In this document: in pieces, positions 1-10,350 of the stretch
Position numbering within the stretch: the first letter of the stretch is position 1
How the letters are laid out: the number at the start of each line of letters is the position of its first letter
From: Octopus sinensis
Taxonomy: Eukaryota
NCBI RefSeq assembly: GCF_006345805.1
Contig: NC_043001.1
Coordinates: forward strand, 82,088,001-82,152,000
Direction: 5' to 3'
DNA length: 64,000 nucleotides
The notes under the pieces: generated by a model
The model's input: the letters and a program-made list of their open reading frames with translations, nothing else
The model's database searches: none
What the model was told of the DNA's origin: nothing
Program-made: the position numbers and the translations under genes

Positions 1-215
1 AGTATATGTTTGTGTGTCTGTGTTTGTTCCCCAACATCGCTTGACAACCGATGGTGGTGTGTTTACGCCCCCCGTAACTTAGCGGTTCGGCAAAAGAGAC
101 CGATAGAATAAGTACTTGGCCTCCAAAGAAGAAGTCCTGGGGGCGATTTGCTCGACTAAAAGCGGTGCTCCAGCATGGCCGCAGTCAAATGACTGAATCA
201 AGTAAAAGAGATAAA
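1..215 (+). mobile_element. 3' part of tRNA-derived SINE, family B (working name)
   Basis: Same body (gacaaccgatg...gtttacg.ccccgtaacttagcggttcggcaaaagagaccgatagaataagtact...ggtgctccagcatggccgcagtcaaatgactga) recurs at ~19050, 30500, 31830, 34630, 35500 and inverted at 23270, 42830, 57380. Confidence 0.85.
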
Positions 216-254
216 AGAGACAAATATATAAAGGAAATTGAAAACGCAAATCAT

Positions 255-500
255 AGGCAGTCAAACAGATTCCCGAACGTATAAATGAAGGTATTCAATG
301 AATGAAACTGAAGCATATATATTTATACATATCAACATAAATTATGTATGTACAGGCGTAAAGATTCTCCAAGGGTATAAAGAATAAAACCAAACATACA
401 TAAAAATATAGAAGAAATATAAAATAAGGAAGCTATCCTCATTGACAGACTAGGGCCCCAAATTAACAACAGGCTGGAGGTTGGCAATCAATATATTATT
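255..500 (+). pseudogene. Degenerate GIY-YIG endonuclease remnant of a Penelope-like element
   Basis: With frameshifts the DNA reads IG(Q)SNRF-PERINE at ~260-290 and EAILIDRLGPQINNRLEV at ~429-482, resembling the YIGxT..R..EH and EA..I...P.lN motifs of PLE GIY-YIG domains. Confidence 0.5.
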
Positions 501-771
501 TAGCTACATCTGGATGCGTGTAGGTTCATTTTAGATGACATGCTCATGTATTATATATAAAACAAAAGAAACCGCACGAAAAAGTACATAACTTAGAAGC
601 AACGCTGTGGGTGTGCCAACACAGACGAGCTTAAGACATAGCCGCTCTCACGCACTTCTCATGAGGAATTCCGGAAGGAACTTCGTGAGACAACTGCAGA
701 GACGCTTCTGGGGGTAAAAAAATTCAGTAACCGTTGGAAACCGTTTATAGCAGTGACTCGATCAGTTCCTA

Positions 772-815
772 ACTATATCTGAAGAAGGAATTTTTGTATT
801 CCAAAATATTATCAT
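772..815 (+). ncRNA. Degenerate hammerhead-like motif (probably inactive)
   Basis: CTGAAGAA (779-786), stem II GGAA/TTCC (787-790/799-802), then AAAA where GAAA is required; stem I pairing is poor. Lies downstream of the GIY-YIG remnant. Confidence 0.3.
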
Positions 816-1017
816 TATATCAGACTATGGATAATTGAATTATGACTTATTATAATAGTCCACTCTGCATTGTTGTGCTATTCAAGACACATTATATTTT
901 ATATAAAAATACATATAAAATTACTCAGTAATTTTTCTACTCTGTATTTTTTTTGCATTGGCTCCCTATGAGCACTCCGTAAATAGCCCATAAATTTCTA
1001 TACGTACTTAATATTAT

Positions 1018-1056
<39 letters not shown>

Positions 1057-1168
1057 GTGTTGTGTGTGTGTATATATATAAACATATGTATATATATTTA
1101 AATTTAATTTAAAATGAGGGTGAGAAATTAGATATTAATTTGATTTGAAGGTTCAGTAAAATTGTATT

Positions 1169-1773
1169 ATATACATATTAGAGGGAAACCACTATGTGGA
1201 GACCCATATGCTAGAAATAGATCCGCTATGGTCTTACCACTAAGAAATGTTCTCAAGAAAAATTTAGCAAAACAACCAAAGCGTAATCGAGCAAGACAAA
1301 AGAAAAAGCAATAAAAATATGGATTATTCACATACATGTTTCACTATTAACGTATTACGTAATTTACTTACGTAAATATCCGTAGATCATCGGTGTGACC
1401 GTCCAAATGAATATAATTTGCCGGACTGCATACTAGGACGTCCGCACAAAGTCAGATTTGCAAACAGTTCTACTCATTGCACTCGTGGTTACTATTTCAA
1501 ATGTCTCGTGCAGACGTCCTAGTATGCAGTTCTGCAAATTATATTAATTTGAGCGGTCACACCGATGATCTACGGACATTTACGTAATATGTTAATAGTG
1601 AAACACGTATGTGAATAATCCATATTTTTATTGCTTTTTCTTTTGTCTTGCTCGATTACGTTTTGGTTGTTTTGCTAAATTTTTCTTGAGAACATTTCTT
1701 AGTGGTAAGACCATAGCGGATCTATTTCTAGCATATGGGTCTCCACATAGTGGTTTCGCTCTAATATGTATAT
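1169..1773. repeat. Fold-back (inverted repeat) element, ~270 bp arms and ~60 bp spacer
   Basis: 1169-1447 is the reverse complement of 1508-1773 (e.g. ccatatgctagaaatagatccgctatggtcttaccactaagaaatg vs catttcttagtggtaagaccatagcggatctatttctagcatatgg); flanked by TA/TG microsatellite. Confidence 0.95.
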
Positions 1774-1778
1774 GTGTG

Positions 1779-1831
<53 letters not shown>

Positions 1832-1834
<3 letters not shown>

Positions 1835-1950
1835 TAAAAATTTATATATAAAGAACGTGAAAAACACGAAGGGACGAACACAGAAAACAGACAAGTCATT
1901 CGAAGCCTTCAATCTTCAGTCAGAAACCGAATCATCATGGCAAATTTCGG

Positions 1951-1951
<1 letters not shown>
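1832..1951. repeat. ~120 bp dispersed module embedded in (TA)n
   Basis: gaagggacgaacac...ttcgaagccttcaatcttcagtcaga.accgaatcatcat.gcaaatttcggct also occurs at 30911-31044 and 31645-31778. Confidence 0.9.
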
Positions 1952-1986
<35 letters not shown>

Positions 1987-2160
1987 TAAATATTAGGGAA
2001 TAAATCCAAATTTACAGGGAAAAAATCAGATTTAGGATTAAATCCAATTTTATAGTAAAATATTATAAAATATTATTAGAGACAAAACCACTATTTTGCA
2101 AAACAAACAAGGAAAGACTTAATCAATACATAAAATTTTAATAAATAGTCAAAAAAACCG

Positions 2161-2203
2161 CCACTACAATTGTTTCTTGTCTTGATCGACAATCTTCAGG
2201 TGG
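2161..2203 (-). ncRNA. Minimal type I hammerhead ribozyme
   Basis: Minus strand reads CCAC CTGAAGA TTGTC gatcaa GACAA GAAA C aatt G TA GTGG: full core, 5-bp stem II, 2-bp stem III with palindromic loop, GUA cleavage triplet, 4-bp stem I. Confidence 0.85.
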
Positions 2204-2627
2204 ACTTCCAATCTAAAATATCAATATTTTAAAATATAAAAATAATAATTTTAAAATAATTAAAGTATGAATGAAAAAATATAAAATATAATCCATATAT
2301 AACCTATATATAATCCATATATAATCAATATATAAACAATATATAAACTAAAATAAACCTATCAACAATTAAATATAAAATATAAAATATAAACAAAACA
2401 AAAAAATAATAATAATATAATAATAAATATATATACACCCATACACATATACCTAATTATATATAACCATATCTAACTACATACACTAAATCACACACCT
2501 ATATATATATCCCTATACATACACATAAAAACGTCTAGGCAACTATAAATAAATAAAATAGCTAAATACTTCAACACAATACTTATTCATACTCCCACAC
2601 ACACACACATTACAACCCACATTCACG

Positions 2628-4370
2628 CTCTAGAAACGGACATCACTTAAAATTATGAACGGAGAAATGGAATAAATGAATTAAAAATTATATTCACTGG
2701 TTTAAAACGAACACTACTTAAAAATTATGAATGAAACAATGCAATAAAACAACAGACATCGCAAATAGACACAAATTACTACGAATTCCTTAACAAACCT
2801 ACCATGATAAACCAAAACTCATAAAAACATATAATGATAAAATCTCCCTTACTAAACTCTATAACATACCTATATAGCAATCCCCCTAACCTAAACATTC
2901 ACACACAAATACACACACGTAAACCACACACCCACGACATATACAAATACCCACACCACTTACACATACCTATACATACATATAAACCTCAACATATACT
3001 CCAAAAACCCACCAACCCCCCAGACACATAAACACAAAAATTATGAATGGATTCTTTATATAAAACTCCATGATAAGCTTAAACTCACAAAACATAAATG
3101 ATAAAACCTCCCTTTACTAAACACTAAACATACTTATATAGCATCCCTTTAACCTATACATTCACACACAAATACACACACGTAAAACACACACCCATAA
3201 CAAATACAAACACCACACCCCACTCACACACACCCCAAGTACATATAAGCCTCAACATATCACCAAACAAAATTACTTTACCAAGGAACTAACATATGTA
3301 TAAAAAGTATAACCGCTCTGGAAACGAACATCTTTTAAAATAATGAATGGAGAAATGGAATAAATGGAATTAAAAATAATATTCACGTGGCAAAACGAAC
3401 ACCACTCAAAAAATTAGAATGAAACAATGTAATAAAACAACAACATCGAAAATAGACAAATTACCACGAATCCCTAAAAAAAACCATGATAAACCAAAAC
3501 TCTTAAAAAACATATAACGATAAAATCTCCCTTTGCTATACTCTATAAAAACCTATATAGCAATCCCCCTAACCTAAACATTCACACACAAATACACACA
3601 CGTAAACCACAGACCCACGACTTATACACATACTTATACTAACTTATAAACCTCAATATACACCAAAAACCCACTCCCTCCCCACACAGACAATTTACAA
3701 CTTTAGCACAGTAGCAAGCTGGCAGAATCGTTAGCATTCTGGACAAAGTGCTTGGGGACATTCTCTTGGCTCTTTACGTTCCGAGTTCAAATGCTGCCGA
3801 GATCAAGTTAACGTTCATTGTTTACCTAAATAACAAACCCATATACACATTCACACACAAACACACACACACGCAAAACACACACACACAACAGATACAT
3901 ATACTCCCTCACATATACGCATATACATACTCACTAAACTCGATATATACAACAATATTTACACACCCACACTCATACAGATAAATAAATATACAACTAA
4001 ACTCACAACACAATCTCATATACATAAACACTCCTATGAAAAACCACATTAAAACTACATCGTAATTAACCAGAATATCAAAAATAACAATATGACATAA
4101 GGAGAAATAAAATACATACTTACAAGTCAGTTTCAAATTATGAAGTGAAATTAAATCTTAGCCGTTAAAAAAATCAAACCAAAAGTACGTTACCTAGAAA
4201 TATAACTTATGTAAAAAAAAGAATACGCGCCATGGAAAGTAAACGTCATTTAAAATTATGAATGGAGAAGTAGAATAAATGGAACTAAAAACTATATCCA
4301 CGTGGCAAACCAACACTACTTAAAAAAAAATTTATTATGAATGGATTCTTTAAAATCTACCATGATAAAT
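2628..4370 (+). repeat. Hierarchical degenerate tandem repeat inside the left arm (mirrored at ~7570-9330)
   Basis: Unit heads ctct(a/g)gaaacg..cat..ttaaaat.atgaa.ggagaa at 2628, 3316 and ~4230; sub-unit ccatgataa... at ~2802, 3068, 3484, 4360; strongly A/C-rich on the + strand. Confidence 0.85.
3711..3812 (+). mobile_element. SINE family A head fragment within the left arm (mirror copy at 8136-8237, minus strand)
   Basis: gcaagctggcagaatcgttagca...tttacgttccgagttcaaatgctgccgagatc matches the 5' part of family A. Confidence 0.8.
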
Positions 4371-5105
4371 TATTATATACATTTATGAGCTTTAGCTCAT
4401 CTTAGCAGCTCTAACAAACAACTTGCAGTAACCCAAATCTATTCTCGATGCCTGCCTTACTACTACACTATTCCATTCCCAATTCCAAGCAACGCTAGTC
4501 CACCACCCGGTTACAATTCCAACTCCACCCATTCATTCACAATTCAACGACGTTCGCCTCCACAGCGCTACATATAAGCCTCAACATATACACGGAGATT
4601 CACTTTCACATCCGTGCGGATGGGTGAGAGTATACATTGAGTGTAGTGATGGGGCTCCCATTACTATACACATTTGTACCTGTGTGGTAGTCTCCATGTG
4701 TATATTCACCGCACGGGTATAAATGCAGGGGGTACACGCGCACGTCATGTGCGTGTACCCCCTCACATGTACATATGCATGCCTATTGGGCTCGATATGT
4801 GCAACAATGTAATCGCGCCCGCATACATGCATATGGGCGAGTTGCACAATCAAAATACGCACACGTGTGTGTGTGCGTTCCCTGGTTGTGCAATTCACCC
4901 ATCTGGGTGTGAGTGGGTGTAAGCGTATTGCTGTGGATGTCGAGCTTGATACGTATGTATATGAGTGTGTATTGGGGGGTTGTACGTATTTATTGTGTGC
5001 ATGTGCTTCACGCACGTGCGTCCATGTATGGATGAATATATTGGGATTGCTATGTGGGTGTAAATGGGTATGGAGGGGGGAGTTTTGTCATTGTATTGGT
5101 GTGGG

Positions 5106-6144
5106 ATAAAGATTTAATTGATAATTTTCGAGATACTTCTAATAATAATTATAAATTTGTTAGGTTTAGTGGTAAAAATAATAGATATTATAAAAAAATA
5201 ATAAAAATGATAAAATATAAAAATAATAATAATCATAATAAATAATAATAATAAATAAATAAGAATAATAAAATAAAAATAAATTTAATAATTATTATAA
5301 TAATTATATTGATAAAATTAATAATATAATAATTCCTTAAATGCTGTACATAGATATAATTCTGATAATAATTTTAATAAAATAAAGAATTATAAATATG
5401 TTTATAATAATGATAATAATAATAAGGTTAATAAGAATAAAATTTGGTTATAGTTCCTTATGGAGATCAAGTAAAAACGAATATTATTAAAGAGATTTTA
5501 GATGTTATAGAACTATTTATTAGAGATAATCGTAAATATAGAAACATTTTCTCTTTTAATAATTTTGGAGTTGGTTACTCTACCACTAATAATGTTGGTA
5601 ACATTATTTCTTCATTTAATAAATATAAACTGAATAATTTTTATAAAAAGAAATTATTTGATAATAATATTAATAATGATAAGACTTATATTAATTGTAC
5701 ATGTAGAGATAAATCTAATTGTATATTAAATAATAATTGTGATATAACGATGTAGTGTATAAATGTATAGTTACATTACATGATAATAACTTTAAGAATA
5801 ATAATTACCCAAAAGCGGTTTATATAGGTTCTACTTCCTCAAAAATAAAACTAAGAATCGCACAACATATGAATTCTTTTAAAATAAAAACTTAATCAAC
5901 TCAACCGGACTTAGTAAGTACATTTGGAGTCTTAAATCACTAAATATTAATTATAGTTTAATTTGGGAAATAATTTGTAAAACTAAATCATATACTATAG
6001 GAGCTAATTGTTGTTATTTATGCTCTAATGAGTTTAAAGAAATTTTATTTTAAGTATGATAAATTACTTAATACTGGTGAAGAGCGCAAAATAAAATGCA
6101 GACATAAGTTACTTTACCTATATAATAAGTTTCATGATAAATAG
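5106..6144 (+). pseudogene. Frameshifted PLE-type linker + GIY-YIG endonuclease reading frame with Asn-rich N-terminal part; no RT motifs seen
   Basis: Joined over 4 frameshifts: NKNKIW-VPYGDQVKTNIIKEIL...YSTTNNVGNIISSFNK...CTCRDKSNCILNNNC-DVVYKC...VYIGST (YIG at 5821-5829)...KLRIAQHMNSF...STGLSKYIWSLK...WEII...CCYLCSNE...LLNTGEERKIKCRHK; stop at 6142-6144. Matches the WxxPPYSxxVxTN / CxC..C..C / VY..YIG / LSxYIW / LC..E / LN...CRH pattern of PLE endonucleases. Confidence 0.88.
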
Positions 6145-6844
6145 CAATAATAGTTCCCTTTTAGGTTACTTTAGTTTAGTTTAAATTAGTTTAGATAATA
6201 TATTTTTTGGTTATGTAGTCTAGGCTTTAATTATAGTTAGTCTTTATTGATATTTCTTTGTTTTAATTAGTTCATTTTTAATGTATATTAATATAACAGT
6301 TTATGGTATGTTAAAACTTTAATAATTTATATTAGATTTTTTTATTTTCTTTATTTATATATTTTTTTTTTTTTTTATTTTTATTTTATTTTATTATGTA
6401 TTTTTATTATGCATTTGTTATATGTATTTTGGAGGATATATATATATTTATATGTTGATGGGTGTTATTTAGTGGTGTTTTTATTGAGTTTTGTATGTAT
6501 GTGTGAATGTTTACGATCCCTTTGTTTTTTGTTTTTTATTTGGTATGTTGAATTGACAGATTTTATTTGGGTATTGTCTGTTATAATAAAGTAAACACAC
6601 CCATAACAAATATAAGTGCCCACTTCATTCGCGCGTACCTGGAATTGCATGTGAGCCTCAACATATACACCAAACGGCCACTCCCGCCCCATACGGACAA
6701 ATAAACACATACATCCCCAAAAATGGGTTAATCCCACTCACACCAATCATATGTATACAATTATACACACTAGAATAATACATAACTAACCCAAATATAC
6801 AGAACATACCAAAAATCACCAACTAACCACCTTCACAAATGAAA

Positions 6845-9800
6845 CCCACACCAATACAATGAAAAACTCCCCCCTCCATACCCAATTTACACCCACATAG
6901 CAATCCCAATATATTCATCCATACATGGACGCACGTGCGTGAAGCACATGCACACAATAAATACGTACAACCCCCAATACACACTCATATACATACGTAT
7001 CAAGCTCGACATCCACAGCAATACGCTTACACCCACTCACACCCAGATGGGTGAATTGCACAACCAGGGAACGCACACACACACGTGTGCGTATTTTGAT
7101 TGTGCAACTCGCCCATATGCATGTATGCGGGCGCGATTACATTGTTGCACATATCGAGCCCAAAGCATGCATATGTACATGTGAGGGGGTACACGCACAT
7201 GACGTGCGCGTGTACCCCCTGCATTTATACCCGTGCGTGAATATACACATGGAGACTACCACACAGGTACAAATGTGTATAGTAATGGGAGCCCCATCAC
7301 TACACTCAATGTATACTCTCACCCATCCGCACGGATGTGAAAGTGAATCTCCGGTGTATATGTTGAGGCTTATATGTAGCGCTGTGGAGGCGAACGTCGT
7401 CGTGAAATTGTGAATGAATGGGTGGAGTTGGGAATTGTAACCGGGTGGTGGACTAGCGTTGCTTGGAATTGGGAATGGAATAGTGTAGTAGTAAGGCAGG
7501 CATCGAGAATAGATTTGGGTTACTGCAAGTTGTTGTTAGAGCTGCTAAGATGAGCTAAAGCTCATAAATGTATATAATAATTTATCATGGTAGTTTTTTA
7601 AAGAATCCATTCATAATAAATTTTTTTTAAGTAGTGTTGGTTTGCCACGTGGATATAGTTTTTAGTTCCATTTATTCTATTCTCCATTCATTAATTTTAA
7701 ATGACGTTTACTTTCCATGGCGCGTATTTTTTTTTACATAAGTTATATTTCTATGGTAACGTAATTTTGTTTGATTTTTTTAACGGCTAAGAATTTAATT
7801 TCACTTCATAATTTGAAACTGACTTGTAAGTATGTATTTTATTTCTCCTTATGTCATATTGTTATTTTTGATATTCTGGTTAATTACGATGTATTTAATG
7901 TTGTTTTTCATAGGAGTGTTTATGTATATGAGATTGTGTGTGAGTTTTTAGTTGTATAATTTATTTATCTGTATGAGTGTGGGTGTGTAAATATTGTTGT
8001 ATATATCGAGTTTAGTGAGTATGTATATGCGTATATGTGAGGGAGTATATGTATCTGTTGTGGTGTGTGTTTTGCTGTGTGTGTGTTTGTGTGTGAATGT
8101 GTATATGGTTTGTTATTTAGGTAAACAATGAACGGTAAACTTGATCTCGGCAGCATTTGAACTCGGAACGTAAAGAGCCAAGAGAAATGTCCCCAAGCAC
8201 TTTGTCCAGAATGCTAACGATTCTGCCAGCTTGCTACTGTGCTAAAGTGTAAATTTGTCTGTGTGGGGAGGGAGTGGGTTTTTGGTGTATATTGAGGTTT
8301 ATAAGTTAGTATAGGTATGTGTATAAGTCGTGGGTCTGTGGTTTACGTGTGTGTATTTGTGTGTGAATGTTTAGGTTAGGGGGATTGCTATATAGGTTTG
8401 TTATAGAGTTTAGCAAAGGGAGATTTTATCGTTATATGTTTTTAAGAGTTTTGGTTTATCATGGTTTTTTTAGGGAATTCGTGGTAATTTGTCTATTTTC
8501 GATGTTGGTTGTTTTATTACATTGTTTCATTCATAATTTTGAGTGGTGTTCGTTTTGCCACGTGAATATTATTTTTAATTCCATTTATTCCATTTCTCCA
8601 TTCATTATTTTAAGATGTTCGTTTCCAGAGCGGTTATACTTTTTATACATATGTTAAGTTCCTTGGTAAAGTAATTTTGTTTGGTGTATATGTTGAGGCT
8701 TATATGTACTTGTGGGTGTGTGTGAGTGGGGTGGGTTTTGTATTTGTTATGGGTGTGTGGTTACGTGTGTGTATTTGTGTGTGAATGTATAGGTTAAAGG
8801 GATTGCTATATAAGTATGTTATAGTGTTTAGTAAAGGGAGGTTTTATCATTTATGTTTTGTGAGTTTTAGCTTATCATGGTAGTTTTATAAAGAATCCAT
8901 TCATAATTTTGTGTTTATGTGTCTGTGTGGGGTTGAGTGGGTTTTTGGAGTATATGTTGAGGTTTATATGTATGTATAGGTATGTGTAAGTGGTGTGGGT
9001 ATTTGTATATGTCGTGGGTGTGTGGTTTACGTGTGTGTATTTGTGTGTGAATGTTTAGGTTAGGGGGATTGCTATATAGGTATGTTATAGAGTTTAGTAA
9101 AGGGAGATTTTATCATTATATGTTTTTATGAGTTTTGGTTTATCATGGTAGGTTTAAGGAATTCGTAGTAATTTGTGTCTATTTGCGATGTCTGTTGTTT
9201 TATTGCATTGTTTCATTCATAATTTTTAAGTAGTGTTCGTTTTACCAAGTGAATATAATTTTTAATTCCATTTATTCCATTTCTCCGTTCATAATTTTAA
9301 GTGATGTCCGTTTTCTAGAGCGTGAATGTGGGTTGTATGTGTGTGTGTGTGGGAGTATGAATAAGTATTGTGTTGAAGTATTTAGCTATTTTATTTATTT
9401 ATAGTTGCCTAGACGTTTTTATGTGTATGTATAGGGATATATATATAGGTGTGTGATTTAGTGTATGTAGTTAGATATGGTTATATATAATTAGGTATAT
9501 GTATGGGTGTATATATAGTTTATTATTATATTATTATTATTTTTTGTTTTGTTTTATAGTTTATATTTTATATTTAATTGTTGATAGGTTTATTTTAGTT
9601 TATATACTGTTTATATATTGATTATATATGGATTATATATAGGTTATATATGGATTATATATTTATATTTTTTCATTCATACTTTAATTATTTTAAAATT
9701 ATTATTTTTTATTTTTTAAATATTGATATTTTAGATTGGAAGTCCACCTGAAGATTGTCGATCAAGACAAGAAACAATTGTAGTGGCGGTTTTTTTGACT

Positions 9801-9880
9801 ATTTATTAAAATTTGATTGTATTGATTAAGTTTTTCCTGTTTGTTTTGCAAAATAGTGGTTTTGTCTCTAATAATTTTTA
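6845..9880 (+). repeat. Right arm of the large inverted repeat
   Basis: Reverse complement of 2065-5105; G/T-rich on + from ~7350 to 9720. Confidence 0.95.
9744..9786 (+). ncRNA. Minimal type I hammerhead ribozyme
   Basis: CCAC 9744-47, CTGAAGA 9748-54, TTGTC/GACAA stem II, GAAA 9771-74, C-aatt-G, TA 9781-82, GTGG 9783-86; predicted cleavage after A9782. Confidence 0.85.
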
Positions 9881-9954
9881 TATATATATAATATATATAT
9901 ATTATTATTTAGCAGAAGCAACCGAGTAATTCAACATCAAAGAGTTTCGTCCGT

Positions 9955-10350
9955 TGGCACTTTGATAAACGTTAGCACGCCGGGCGAAATGAGTAGCCGT
10001 ATTTCGTCTGTCTCTACGTTCTGAGTTCAAATTCCGCCGAGGTCGACTTTGCCTTTCATCCTTTCGGGGTCGATTAAATAAGTACCAGTTACGCACCGGG
10101 GTCGATATAATCGACTTAATCCGTTTGTCTGTCCTTGTTCGTCCCCTCTGTGTTTAGCCCCTTGTGTTTAGTAAAGAAATAAGTATTTCGTATGTCTTTA
10201 CCTTCTGTGTTCAAATTCCGCCGAGGTCGACTTTGCCTTTCATCCTTTCGGGGTCGATGAGTTAAGTACCAGTTGTGTACTGGGGTCGATCTATTCGACT
10301 GCCTCCCTCCCCAAAAATTTCGGGCCTTGTGCCTAGAGTAGAAAAGTATG
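9955..10350 (+). mobile_element. SINE family A (tRNA-derived head + conserved central domain), head plus second body
   Basis: gttagcacgccgggcgaaatg...gagttcaaattccgccgaggtcgactttgcctttcatcctttcggggtcgat.aaataagtaccag; B-box-like gagttcaaatt; many copies in the window. Confidence 0.9.

Larger units (their letters stand above)
2065..5105 (-). repeat. Left arm of the large inverted repeat
   Basis: Reverse complement of 6845-9880 wherever compared (2075-2220 vs 9722-9875; 4400-4570 vs 7375-7565; 4580-5105 vs 6845-7375); differences are mostly small indels. Confidence 0.95.
1981..9880 (+). mobile_element. Large fold-back Penelope-like element derivative: inverted ~3 kb arms with terminal HHRs around a GIY-YIG frame
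   Basis: Arms ~2065-5105 and 6845-~9880 are reverse complements; central PLE linker/GIY-YIG frame on +; HHR motifs at both outer ends; bounded by (TA)n on both sides. Confidence 0.8.

Noticed and set aside
1895-1951. Hammerhead in the 120-134-bp module (minus strand CTGAAGA and GCCGAAA)
   Set aside because: Core segments cannot be arranged with valid stems II and III in any permutation I could find.
2628-4370. Regularly spaced repeats or SINE arrays as a CRISPR-like array
   Set aside because: Units are hundreds of bp, degenerate and lack unique spacers of constant length; no cas genes; eukaryotic context.
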